The notes beneath the pieces are model-generated. The model made no database searches. It had not been told where the DNA came from and saw nothing but the letters and a program-made list of their open reading frames with translations. Both the position numbers and the translations under genes were made by a program. Positions 31,051 to 43,970 of a stretch of DNA of 64,000 bases are shown piece after piece; positions within the stretch are counted from its first letter, which is position 1, and every line of letters begins with the position of its first letter. Source of the stretch: Octopus sinensis (Eukaryota); assembly GCF_006345805.1 (NCBI RefSeq), contig NC_043016.1, positions 6,634,001 through 6,698,000 on the forward strand, written 5' to 3'.

Positions 31051-31879
31051 ACAACTGAAACATAATATGAGATTCTTATATTGATGAATAGTTTAGTACC
31101 AACTGCAACTAATGCTCTTTAAACCCATATAACTTTCCTAGTCTATATTAACATCCTGGAGCAACGTACCAGGATCATATACATCTAGGTCATTGATTTA
31201 AATAAATTACTACCTTTTACTATATTAACTTAATGATCAAAACATAAAACCAATCTTTACTTTATTAGCATTTCAATAAGTTCCTTTCCTCCATTAAAAA
31301 ACTACAATGAGCGCATACGTATTTCTTTATTTGGCTCCATTAATTTTATTTTATTTCTGATCATTCTCTTTGAATAATTTTTTAGCTGTACATTTTAAAA
31401 TTATTCAGTAACTTTTCCTTTCGATGTATTTCAACGTTTCTAAACTGATTGTCGGAATTAATGACCGTTTTTATTTCTCTGTTATATTTCTTTTCATATT
31501 TCTGTTCAATTTCCCGAAATCTTGTAATCTTTCTCTTCATGATTTTATTCTTATGTATTTAATCTTTATCTTCTTTTAAACTGATATCTTATGGTTTATG
31601 CATGGTGTCTTTTTTTTTGTCTTTTTTTTTAACATTTTGCCGTTTTCCTTGCTGTTGATGATGTTTCTAAGATTTTTTTCACCAATGTTGAGATTTTCAT
31701 TTCATGAAAATATCTTCCGATGTTTGAGATAAATCATTGATCATAAAATCAACACCGAAGTTTCAGAAATAGCCATTGACCAAGAAGTCATCGTAGATTT
31801 GTTTTCGTTTCATCTAGTTCTTTTTACTTCCGTTTTTTGATGCCAATTATGTGTATCAACGGTATTCCTTCACTGCCTG

Positions 31880-32220
31880 TTTGCCTCCAGTTCATACAGT
31901 CTCCAGATGTCTTTTTTCCGTAGTTGTTGATGTACATGTATGTTGTAAGATTGTCATGGAGCCATTAAAGCGTTTCTAAGTGTACCTCAGTAATCTTCTG
32001 TAAGTTTAGAATACAGAATTTGTTTTGGCATTCTTGTATCCTAGCTTCTTTTATGCATGATGCTTTTCAGTGATGATATGAATTCTAATGAAGTGTGTTC
32101 TTACCTCTACATAATTGTTAGTGATAGTCATTCCATTTGACAATAAGAATCGATCGAAGTTTTGTAAAATGAAATCTAACAAACTGACGTACTTTATGTT
32201 AATATGTCGTCCAAGCCGCA
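31880..32220 (-). mobile_element. Highly degraded RTE fragment
   Basis: Minus strand reads RMPKQILYSKLTE, resembling the RTE C-terminal motif R(L/M)PKQILY(G/S)EL. Confidence 0.45.
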
Positions 32221-33881
32221 CAAACATAAGATAGTGTGAAGATTACAATAACTTGATGTGCCAAAACTTCAGCTTTGATTTTTCAAATTACAGTTTTGAA
32301 AGATACGGTATGCGAAAATGTCGATGTCACCTTCCAAGGATCAAGAACAAGACAAAGTTCTGTTCAAATTTCGACTGGTTTCACAGACTCACCGTTTCTA
32401 ATAATTTCAATACCTCTTCGTTTTTTCTCTGTGCGGATACTGAACAAGTGTCTTTATCTTAGGCATACTGACAGTAAGGCCAGTGAGAACAAATACATTG
32501 GATGTGGTCTGTAGATCGGATTCAGCTGAGGCTGGATCAAAACTGTCAGCGAAATATTGCAACTAAGAGGTCAAATTAAAACGTTGGAGTTCGTAAAGCA
32601 TTTGTATTGAGTAGTTTAACCGAGGACAGATTTACGGTTAATTTTCATCAGCAATGTTGTAGTCGTATGCCTTGAATACAGTTTCAGTATAACAAGTACT
32701 GCACAGCCTCCTCCTCCCCCCTCCCCTCCCCTCCCCCTTCTTCTTCTTCTTCTTCTTCTTCTTCTTCAACATAAATTACACAAGTAAATGGTAAAAAGTA
32801 TGAAAGCTGTTTCCGTTCGCCGAAAACGCTTAGTAGGATTCTACCATTCTTGACATAATCGTTTTTTTTCTTCTTTTTAAATCTATTTGACGATCGATAA
32901 AGTAAACTGTATTACGTAAAGAATATGGCCGAAAGAAAGCGAGCAAGCAAGCAAGCAAGCAATAAAAACGTATGCTGTATTCGAAGCGCCTCGGGCATTG
33001 CAGTAAAATTTACATAGATGAAATAGAATATTAAAATTCTGGTGAGTCCGTGTCAATATCCAAGTTACAAATGATTACAACAACATTGATATTGAGACAA
33101 AACACTTGAAGGTTGTTTAGGGTTTTTTTTAAATGCACGACAGATCATCAATATTAACTTTATAAAGGCATTCAGCGCAATCGTTCAGTTTTTCACAGAT
33201 GTTACAAATGATTACAACTAATATTAAATGTAAACAGATATTTATATGATATTTGGAGCTTTAATACTGAAGTTGTTTTATGATAATGGCATAGAGGACC
33301 CTTAAGGTTTTTTTGGAGATTGGTAAGAAAGAGAAAAATTATCCTCGGTGGAGAGAGAGTTTTGACCTGAATGGAACGGACTGCACTGGGAGAAAAGACT
33401 CCGTTAAAAACTAAAGACATCATGTAATCATTCGCATAATCTTTCACCACAGAACGGATCCACTTTCTGGTTCGTTCTTCCCCCGGCAATATCTTTTTAT
33501 GCAGCCATATCGATCTCACATAAGATCGAAAGCATTTCAGCGTAAAAATAGATGTGCTTTGAAGTTTTGGTTGGTATTTCTAGTAAGTCTCGTTTTTTCT
33601 TTGATACCATAAAATTAACATAAAATTAAATAATTGGACCGTGACCACACTGGAGCATCACCCGGAGAAGTTTTAGTTGAACATATTTTATTACTTTAAT
33701 ACTTGATAGTTATTTTAACAGTTTAATTGTTGAACAGCTAAGTTATAAGACTTAAACAAAGAGTATCGATTTCCATGGGGTGTCAATGTAATGACACACA
33801 TACACACATACATACATACATACATACATACATACATACATACATACATACATACATACATACATACATACATACATACAT

Positions 33882-34108
33882 GGCGAGCTGGCAGAATCGT
33901 TAGCACGCCGGGCGAAATGTGTGGCCGTATTTCGTCTGCCGTTACATTCTGAGTTCAAATTCCGCCGAGGTCGACTTTGCCTTTCATTTTTTCGGGGCCG
34001 ATAAATTAAATACCAGTTACACCCTGGGGTCGATGTAATCGACTTAATCCCTTTGTCTATTCTTGTTTGTCCCCTCTGTGTTTAGCCCCTTGTGGGTAGT
34101 AAAGAAAT
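33882..34108 (+). mobile_element. Family A SINE
   Basis: ggcgagctggcagaatcgttagcacgccggg...gtagtaaagaaat. Confidence 0.88.
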
Positions 34109-34332
34109 ATACATACATACAAAGGTATGTATGTATGTGTGCATGCATGCATGAATGTATATATATATATATCTATGCATGTTTGTCTAATTCTCTCTCA
34201 CTCCTCTCTCTTTCCTTTCTCCCTCTCCTCTCTCTTTCCTTTCTCCCTCTCCTCTCACTTTCCTTTCTCCCTCTCTTCTCTCCTCTCTCTTTCTCTCTCT
34301 GTTTCTTTCTCTCTCTCTCTTTCACCCCCCCC

Positions 34333-34369
<37 letters not shown>

Positions 34370-34389
34370 ATATATATAATAATATATAT

Positions 34390-34815
34390 ATCGAACGCCA
34401 CGCATCCATTTCAAGTAAGTTAATCCAAGTTTATCATCTCTCTTCTGATGCAACTCTATATTGTTTTCTTCCTCCATCTATCTCTAATTCCCTTTTACTC
34501 CCAGCGTTCACTAATTTCCTCTCGTTCTGGTCTAACGACCCTCCATGTTTGCTTTCATTTGGTTTCCTTGTATGTCTCCACTGTCATGTTTTTGTTCCCA
34601 ACCATGACCCTCCATAAATCCTTGACTTTATTTTAGAATTTATGGGATCAACTGTCTTTGGCGACTCATATTGTTGTTGAATGCTTGAAATGAGGATTAG
34701 ACAGCTGACAACTGATGAAGGGTCCTTTCTTTGTGTTTACTTGTCTTGTTCTCCATTTTTTCTTCTCGTTCTTTACGTTTTTAAGTCGTTTGTCTACGTA
34801 TTTCATGTTGTTTAC
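34390..34815 (+). repeat. Dispersed repeat (ctgatgaagggtc family)
   Basis: Homologous to 8075-8660. Confidence 0.6.
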
Positions 34816-34847
34816 ATAGTTGATGACGCCCTGTACCCATATATATA

Positions 34848-35075
34848 TTTCTTTACTACCCACAAGGTGTTAAACACAGAGGAGACAAACAAGGACAGAC
34901 AAAGGGATTAAGTCGATTACATCGACCCCAGTGCGTAACTGGTACTTAATTTATCGACCCCGGAAGGATGAAAGGCAAAGTCGACCTCGGCGGAATTTGA
35001 ACTCACAACATAACGGCAGACGAAATACGGCTACGCATTTCGCCCGGCGTGCTAACGTTTCTGCCAGCTCGCCGT
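34848..35075 (-). mobile_element. Family A SINE
   Basis: Near-identical to 6955-7160 and 23507-23735. Confidence 0.88.
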
Positions 35076-35480
35076 CTTATATATTTATACCCATATATAT
35101 TTATACACACACACACGCACACACACACACACACGTTGTCCCTGAATACCTTGAATTAATGAATCGAGTGTGTATAACATATTCGGGGCAAAGTAGATGT
35201 TCTTCGGTCACAGACTCAATTGCAATTAAGATATTGACGTTCGACTCTTTTTAAGAATAATGAATATGCAAATCGTCGTTTCAGTTCTCACCGTACATAT
35301 ACTGATTTGTGATGATACATACACATAAATATTATACTATTTATTTATCATTTCGTACTTTATTTAGTTCTAGGTAAATGTTTTATCGTATCTCTAATTT
35401 CCTTCTATATGGTATGATTTAAGTATATCATTGTTGAATTGCTACTTGGTGTTTCTTCTCTAATTTATATATATATGTAT

Positions 35481-35531
<51 letters not shown>

Positions 35532-35583
35532 ATATGTATGGTATATGTAATGTAATGATATGTATATGTATATGTATATGTAT

Positions 35584-35670
<87 letters not shown>

Positions 35671-36081
35671 ATAGACATATATATATATATGGAGAAAGAA
35701 AGAGAGAAGTAAATTTAGGGATAAGTAAGTTATGAGTAAGTTAGACAGATCAATATATAAAATATATTAAATACATGCATTAGAAAGGTTCGACTTACAC
35801 AGAATACAAAAGATAAAGAGAATTAAAGGAGTTGAAGAAAAGTATTACAAATTCAGCAGCTGTTTGAGGGAAGAGATCTCACATTAAGGTGTTCAAGGAA
35901 AGTAGTTATATGTGTACATATATATATACATCTTTCTATTTCATGTATTTAATATACTTTTATATATTGATTAGTCTAACTTGCTTATGCTTGCATTTAC
36001 TTCTACACTCGCTCAAGTTTCAAATCTCTTGCGCACTATTAAGTGTATCCTATTTGCAGAATACCTGGGTCTCATTTTAAC

Positions 36082-36120
<39 letters not shown>

Positions 36121-36143
36121 TATATATATATAATATAATATAT

Positions 36144-36177
<34 letters not shown>

Positions 36178-36184
36178 ATATGCT

Positions 36185-36390
36185 TTTTTTGTTTCAGTCA
36201 TTTGCCTGCGGCCAAGCTGGAGCTCCGCTTTTAGTCGAGAAAATCGACCCCAGGACTTATTCTTTGTAAGGCCAGTTCTTATTCTATTGGTCTCTTTTGC
36301 CGACCGCTAAGTTACAGGGACATAGACACATCAGCATCAGTTGTCAAGCGATGTTGAGGGGACGAACATAGACACACAAGCATACACACG

Positions 36391-36435
<45 letters not shown>

Positions 36436-36578
36436 GACGGCTTCTTTCAGTTTCCCTTCTACCAAATCAACTCACAAGGCTATGTTCCGCTCGAGGCTAT
36501 AGTGGAAAACACTTGCCTAAGGTGCCACGTGCCATGTGGTTGGTAAGCAAACCACTTACCACACAGCCAGTCCCGCGC
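36185..36578 (-). mobile_element. Family B SINE with internal (CA)n
   Basis: Homologous to 9295-9707. Confidence 0.85.
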
Positions 36579-37533
36579 AAGTTTCTTTCATCAGTCAAGT
36601 TACCAAATTACCTTACAGTTTCGGGTAGTTACACCTGAGACTGTTCAAATCTGTCTGCGCCCAAAAATCTAAGCTAAGAATATTAAATTTTTGGGAGAAA
36701 GCAAGCAAATGTGTACGACAACAAAGAGAAAAAACGGAGAACATGTTTCACAATTACAAATATAAGCAACAAGAAAATAACAACAGGTGTCTTTCGACTA
36801 ATAAAGACGAATCAAGTTGAGCTAGCGTGTATAGAGTGAAAGTATTGAGGCAGGAACATAGAAGATGAACATAAGTGATGAAAGTCAAAAGACAGGAGTA
36901 TCAGAAATGCTTCGCCGCTGGCAGTCAAGCCAAGAAAGAAAGATCATGCCTGGCCGAACACCGGTCACGTGGAAAGAAAAAAGAGAAGCAGGGGTAGAGG
37001 GATTGAAGGATTAGGGAAAGAACAACAGAGGAAATCAAAGGGACATAGAGAAAGGTATGAGAGAGATAAACAAAGAAAGAGAAGGCCAAGAATGTTAGAG
37101 GGGGATCGAATGCAACAGTGTGCTCCGTTGTAATCGGTTCTGGTTAAGCATCTTAATTGCACTTGGAATATCCAGTGCAGAGTTTCAAGTAATCGCAATA
37201 GTGAAACGTATGTAGGAACAAATAGTATAACATTCATTTACATCTTCTACACTTATTCTGTATATCATAACTGTTTATCATAGTAATACTACTAAGTATA
37301 GTAGTTACTAAACCACGATATTGGAGGAAGATTGGACTATAATCATCTACTTAGAGCTCTAAACTTAACAGTAAATAGTCATACATCCTTTTTGCACATA
37401 CAAGATACAATACTTACAAACATATATATATCGTGAGGGACAATTTTTGATGTCTTGGCATCTGAAGCAGATGGAGATACGATAGTTTGGCCAAAAGAAC
37501 AATATAATTTATAGGTATACATATATATTTATA

Positions 37534-37534
<1 letters not shown>

Positions 37535-37618
<84 letters not shown>

Positions 37619-37666
37619 CTACCAATCTATCTATCTATCTATCTATCTATCTATATCTATATCTCG

Positions 37667-37698
<32 letters not shown>

Positions 37699-37700
37699 CT
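37535..37700. repeat. (TCTA)n microsatellite
   Basis: Direct reading. Confidence 0.97.
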
Positions 37701-37704
37701 TGAG

Positions 37705-38072
37705 CATAATCCTATGAACCAGAAATTGAAAACAGAGGGTTACCCACTTGCAAACAAATGTGGTAACATATAACAATATGACCGAGGTTACCGTGGTCCT
37801 TTTTCGTAGGCTTTCTTCCCCACGGATAATAAACCCTATCTGCTTCCCCCTTTACACCGTACATCATGACACTGTGATACACGATCCCTATTGATCGTTT
37901 CTTTTTCCTTTCCCCTTTTTTCCTCTTTTCATTTTTCCTTTCTTTTCTTTCTTTTAGGGATCGAAAACCTACGCCACTTTTTTTTTTCTTTTTTTTCATC
38001 CCCCAAAAGAAAAGCTCTACCTTGTAATTTGTCCCATCTGTGTGCAGCCCTGTGTGGCCAATAAAGAAACTT
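37705..38072 (+). mobile_element. Probable LINE 3' UTR remnant
   Basis: Ends ttgtaatttgtcccatctgtgtgcagccctgtgtggccaataaagaaac, resembling the family A SINE tail (shared LINE/SINE 3' end is inference). Confidence 0.35.
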
Positions 38073-38189
38073 ATCTATCTATCTATAAACATTGTTTTGG
38101 CTTGAAAAATATTTAAAACCCACGCGGGCGCGCACACACACAGACACACGCGCGTGTGTGCACACACACACGATTTTTTCTGTCGAGCA

Positions 38190-38660
38190 GTACTAGATAA
38201 GGCATATAACTGGTCACATTGCTACCAACAGTTTCGGATCGGCTGTTGTACTTAGCAACATTAAGAATTTTAAACATGCTAGCCAGATATTTAGAGCTTC
38301 TTTTAATGTAGAGTATCATAGTCCTTGGAGGTTCGGTGATGCTAATAAAAACCATTACGCTGGTCATCTTTGACTGAGAAATCTCCAGATCGGAATTTTT
38401 AAAACTTCTGTTAAGCAATCATCACTATAAACTTCACATATTTGTGAGCCTCAGCAGCTTTCTTGCCTTTACGGAAAAAAAAGCAAAATATGGCGAAAAT
38501 GTTCGTTTTTGCACTCCATGTTAAAACTGACACTGAACTAACAGCTGTAAACAAAATTACGCGCAATTTGCTTCTAAAGAAAGCTAAAAGTAACGGCTAT
38601 CAAATGTCAAAAGATAGAATTCATAACATTGACAAAAGTCATTTTAAAAAATCGTAGCTA
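38190..38660 (-). mobile_element. Mariner transposase N-terminal relic
   Basis: ATG at 38519: MECKNEHFRHILLFFFRKGKKAAEAH...KFRSGDFSVKDDQR, typical mariner HTH region; stops and frameshifts. Confidence 0.8.
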
Positions 38661-38673
38661 TCTATATATCATA

Positions 38674-38970
38674 GGCGCAGGAGTGGCTGTGTGGTAAGTA
38701 GCTTGTTTACCAACCACATGGTTCCGGGTTCAGTCCCACTGCGTGGCATCTTGGGCACGTGTCTTCTGCTATAGCCCCGAGCCGACCAATGCCTTGTGAG
38801 TGGATTTGGTAGACGGAAACTGAAAGAAGCCTGTCGTATATATATGTAGAATAAGTACTGGGCTTACAAAGAATAAGTCCCCGGGTCGATTTGCTCGACT
38901 AAAGGCGGTGCTCCAGCATGGCCGCAGTCAAATGACTGAAACAATTAAAAGAGTAAAAGAGTAAAAGAGT
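38674..38970 (+). mobile_element. Family B SINE, internally deleted
   Basis: ggcgcaggagtggctgtgtggtaag head joined directly to the agaataagtactggg tail. Confidence 0.85.
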
Positions 38971-39232
38971 ATATATGCGAAAAACGAAATTACTTTCTTG
39001 CCGACCCAATACATATATATTCCGGTCATTTCAAACTGTAACCGCGTGTGTATCGTTGGCGATTTTCTTCCCCCGTCTTTCCATTCGTTGGACTTTCATC
39101 TAATCTGGAAGAAGAGCTTGGCTCGAAACGTTAAATTCTCTTTCCTTCCTTCCCTAAGCGTCTGATAATACAGTAATGTACCAGGTCCTCGTGTAACTGT
39201 TCTTTCTGTTTGTTCTTCTTTGTTTGGTTTCA

Positions 39233-39313
<81 letters not shown>

Positions 39314-39335
39314 ATATAATATATATATATAATAT

Positions 39336-39381
<46 letters not shown>

Positions 39382-39574
39382 GATATATATATATATATAT
39401 ATTTATACATATATATATGTATGTATATGTATCTCTCTCTCTCTCACTCTCTCTCTCTCTCTCTCTCTTCTCTATAATATATATATATATATATATATAC
39501 AAGATAAGAAAATGGAGAAATAGATCTGCATTTACAACCCCTATCTCAATTTGTATATATATATATATATGTTT

Positions 39575-39775
39575 GTGTGTCTGTATTTGTCCTCTCAACA
39601 TCGCTTGACAACCGGCGTTGCTGTGTTTATGTCCCTGTAATTTAGCAGTTCGGCAAAAGAGTACGATAGAATAAGTACTAGGCTTTCGAAGAATAAGTTC
39701 TGGGGTCGATGTGCTCGAGTAAAGGCGGTGCTCCACCATGGCCGCAGTCAAATGACCGAAACAAGTAAAAGCATG
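39575..39775 (+). mobile_element. Family B SINE 3' half
   Basis: catcgcttgacaaccgg...ggccgcagtcaaatgaccgaaacaagtaaaag. Confidence 0.8.
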
Positions 39776-40184
39776 AAATAATATATACCAGAGTAAACAC
39801 GTAAATGTGAAACAAGGTGGGAAAATACTACTTTCTCTCTCTCTCTTTCTCTCTCTCTCGGAGTAGACAGACAGCCGACAACTGATGAAGGGTCGTTCTC
39901 TGTGTTACTTGTCCTGTTTTCCATTTCTTTCTCTCGTTGTTTGCGTATTTAACGTGTTTGTGCTCGTACTTCATGTTGTACCCATATGCATACATATATA
40001 TATATTAATCATATATCTCTATATATATAAAACTGAGAATGTGTGTGTGCATGTGTGTGTGTGTCTGTCTGTCTGTGTGTTTCCCTAAAACTGAGATGAG
40101 AACCAACCACAATTTCATTCAACTTTTACACATGCCTTACTTAGGGTCCGGGGAGTGTCATCGGCAAAAAAAGTCTTAACTTTT

Positions 40185-40757
40185 TCCCTATGTATGTATT
40201 CATGTATGTATGAATGTATGAATGTATGTATGTATGAATGTATGTATGTATGTATGTATGTATGAATGTATTCATGTATGTATGAATGTATGAATGTATG
40301 TATGTATGAATGTATGTTTGTATGTATGTATGTGTGTATGTATGTATGTATGTGCGCATGTTTGTATGTATGTACGTATGTATGTATGTATTTATGTATA
40401 TATGTATGTATGTATGTACGTACGTATGTATGTATGTACGTATGTATGTATGCATGTATGTATATATGTATGTATGTATGTACGTACGTATGTATGTATG
40501 TATGTATTTATGTATGTATGTATTTATGTATGTGCGTATGTATGTATGTATGTACGTACTTATGTATGTATGTATGTATGTATGTATGTATGTATGTATG
40601 TACGTATGTGCGTATGTATGTATGTATATATGTATATATGTATGTATGTATGTATGTGTGTATGTATGTATGTATGTATGTATGTATGTGCGGCGTATGT
40701 ATGTATGTATGTATGTATGTATGTATGTATGTATGTATGTATGTATGTGCGTATGTA
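40185..40757. repeat. Imperfect (TATG)n microsatellite
   Basis: Direct reading. Confidence 0.97.
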
Positions 40758-42371
40758 CAGTTGCGGCCAAAATGTTCAGAACAGCATTGTTTTCGTCAGA
40801 AAAGTAGGTATAAGTTTTTATCAAAGTTGTTTTATATTTTATAATTGTCGCAGACAATAAATACGATATTATTTGTTATTGTCTGAGATTTTGGCGTAAT
40901 TTGAGAGGATAATACAAAAGCTATGGATGATTTAGTGATTTACTGCAAAACCCATGGCGGCCAAAATGATCAGAACGGTTGCTTTTAATCCGTGTTTTAG
41001 TATATTTAACCGGCGAACTCTAATGTTTTGAATTTGTTTACGTGACGGTTCGTTTACTAAACATTATTAAGAATATCTGCAGTGTACTTTGTTAATATAA
41101 TGCCACTTTCTCCGCTACCAATTCGTCAGCAGATTATTAAGCTTCGAAAGAAGGATAATTTAAGTATTGGATCTATTGCAAAGATTGTTAACAAGTCAAA
41201 AAGTGTTGTACACGGTATTCTTAAGGTCTACGATGATTGTCGTTCGTGTGAAGCAAGAAAGTTTACAGGTAGGCCAAGAAAAACGACCAAGAGAGAATAT
41301 CGTGCTATGGTAAAGTTGGTTAAAAAGGACAGATTTAAAACTGCTGCTGCTGTTTCTCGGAAAATGAGCATTGTATTGAAGAAAACTTTATCTCGAAAAA
41401 CTGTGTCTCGTCGTTTAGTTGAACATGACCTACAAGCAAGAGCACCTGCAGTGAAGCCACTGATCAGCTCCAAGAATAAAAAGTGTCAACTTACCTTTGC
41501 AACCGAACATGTGTTGTGGTCTCATGAAAAATGGCAAACGGTGCATTTCAGTGATGAATCTAAGTTTATGTTATTTGACTCAGATGGGAAAAGTAGGTTC
41601 GTCGAAAAGTAGGTGAAAAATTGTCGCCTAAATGCCTTAAGACTAGTGTTAAATTCGGTGGAGAAAGTGTCATAGTTTGGGGGATGATATCTGGAGATGG
41701 TGTGGGGCCCTTTGATGCAATTACATGGAAAGGTAAATGCAGGAGTTTATAAACAACTTGTAAAAGATCATGCCTTGCCTGTGCTGAGAAATTCAACTAA
41801 GCGACCACCCATATTCATGCAGGACAATGCCCCATGTCACAAGGCTAAAGTGATCATGAACTTCCTCAAGGCTGAAAAAGTTATTGTTATGGATTGGTCT
41901 GCTCAAAGCCCAGATCTCAATCCTATTGAAAATGTGTGGAATGTTCTAGGAGAACGTTCGAAAGCCAGAAATCCTAAAACAACCGAGGAATTATGGAATG
42001 CCCTTCAGGAAGAATGGAATAAGATCACCCAGCAAGAAATTGAAAATTTAATTTCCTCATGCAGTCGAAGATGTCAAAGTGTGATTGAAGCTAAAGGGCT
42101 TCACACTAAATATTAAATAATTCCAGTATTCTCTGTCATTTTTGATTATTTTGTTATTTTTTCAACCGTTCTGATCATTTTGGCCGCCATGGGTTTTGCA
42201 GTAAATCACTAAATCATCCATAAGTTTTGTATTATCCTCTCAAATTACAATAACAAATAATATCGTATTTATTGTCTGTGAAAATTATAGAATATAAAAC
42301 TACTTTGATAAAAACTTATACCTACTTTTCTGACGAAAACAATGCCGTTCTGAACATTTTGGCCGCAACTG
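40758..42371 (+). mobile_element. Tc1-family DNA transposon (IR/DR type), 1614 bp, TA target duplication
   Basis: ta|CAGTTGCGGCCAAAATG...CATTTTGGCCGCAACTG|ta; ~210-225 bp TIRs, each with outer and inner ggccaaaatg(t/a)tcagaac repeats. Confidence 0.96.
41100..42116 (+). pseudogene. Tc1 DD34E transposase, frameshifted near 41600-41700
   Basis: MPLSPLPIRQQIIKL, GRPRKTT, VHFSDESKF, FMQDNAPCH, SPDLNPIENVW; 34 residues between the second D and E. Confidence 0.93.
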
Positions 42372-43006
42372 TATGTGTGTACATGTATGTGTGTACATGC
42401 GTGTATGTGTTGTGTGTAGTGTATGTTAGTGTATATGTACATGAATGCACATATGAGTATGTGTAAATATATATATGTATTATATATGTATGCATGTAAA
42501 AAAAAATTAAAAAAAGAATAAATAGAATAAAATAAAGCAAGTTTGAATTTTAACCGTTGTCCTTGAAAAGAGTGTCATATATATGTATGTATGTATAAAT
42601 ATATATATATGTATGTGCGTGTGTATATGTATATATGTATGTAGAGATGGATGAGCGTATATGTGTTATACTCTATGATTATACGTATATTTATGAGTAT
42701 GTGTAAGTGTATATATGATTGTGTGTACTTGTATATATGTATAAGGTTATATGTGCGTATATGTATCTAAGACGTTGTATCCATTCACCGTCAGACGATG
42801 GTGAGAGGGACAAACGCACACACACACATACATACATACATACATACATACATACACACACATATACATACATACATGCACACACACACATACATACATA
42901 CATACATACATACATACATACATACATACATACATACATACACACATACGTACGTACATATATATATGATGAACTAACTGTTACTTTCTCAGATGCAGCA
43001 CGAAGT

Positions 43007-43057
43007 TTTGTCAGTGAAGAGGTCGCGGTCTGAAAGCGACGAAAATATTTTGACAAA
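43007..43057 (+). ncRNA. Minimal type I hammerhead motif, C3G variant
   Basis: TTTGTCA GTGAAGA G GTCGC-ggtctgaaa-GCGAC GAA AATATT T / TGACAAA; 7-bp stem I, 5-bp stem II, palindromic stem III. Confidence 0.6.
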
Positions 43058-43187
43058 TTAAATTTAAATGTTGAAGTGAATCGAACGGCTTTTGTGTGTT
43101 TATTAAATGGCTTATAAACACCTTCAACGCTGTAATTGTTTTCGTTCAAGCACATAATCTCAGATCAAGTCACTCGCTATGCAAGTA

Positions 43188-43242
<55 letters not shown>

Positions 43243-43359
43243 ATATATATATATATATAACGGGAAGCTTTATGAAAATAGACAAAAGACGAAGGCAGGT
43301 GGGAAACAAACAAACAATTGTATTAGTATGGCGCTCAGGAAATATAAATATAAAACAAG

Positions 43360-43397
43360 TCTTTAACGTTTCGAGCCTACGCTCTTCAACAGAAAGA
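43360..43397 (-). ncRNA. Minimal type I hammerhead motif (CUGUUGA variant) at PLE 3' end
   Basis: TCTTT CTGTTGA A GAGC-GTAG-GCTC GAAACGTT / AAAGA. Confidence 0.6.
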
Positions 43398-43578
43398 TAC
43401 ACAGAGAGAAAAAAAACACAGAAAGAAAGAGAGAGAAAAAAATGCGTGCAGTAACTAACGAATGAACATGGCGATCTTGATTTCGGCCAGAGGTCAAAGA
43501 TCAAACATGAGACGCGAGAGCGAAATAAGGGGAGATAATAGGGTTGATAATAGGGTTGAATGACCAGCTCCAACATGA

Positions 43579-43970
43579 GGGTGTGTGTGTGTGTATGAGA
43601 GAGTATTAGTGCGTATGAGAGGTCTGGACGTGTGTATGTATAGGGTTGGTGTATGTATTAGTATGTATTAGTATGTATAAGGGTGTGTGTGTGTGTGTGT
43701 ATGAGAGAGTATTAGTGCGCATGAGAGGTCTGGACGTGTGTATGTATAGGGTTGGTGTATGTATTAGTATGTATTAGTATGTATAAGGGTGTGTGTGTGT
43801 GTGTGTATGAGAGAGTATTAGTGCGCATGAGAGGTCTGGACGTGTGTATGTATAGGGTTGGTGTATGTATTAGTATGTATTAGTATGTATAAGGGTGTGT
43901 GTGTGTATGAGAGAGTATTAGTGCGCATGAGAGGTGGACGTGTGTATGTATAGGGTTGGTGTATGTATTA
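43579..43970. repeat. ~103-bp minisatellite, about 3.8 copies
   Basis: Unit gggtgtgtg...atgagagagtattagtgcgcatgagaggtctggacgtgtgtatgtatagggttgg... restarts near 43579, 43681, 43787 and 43892. Confidence 0.92.
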
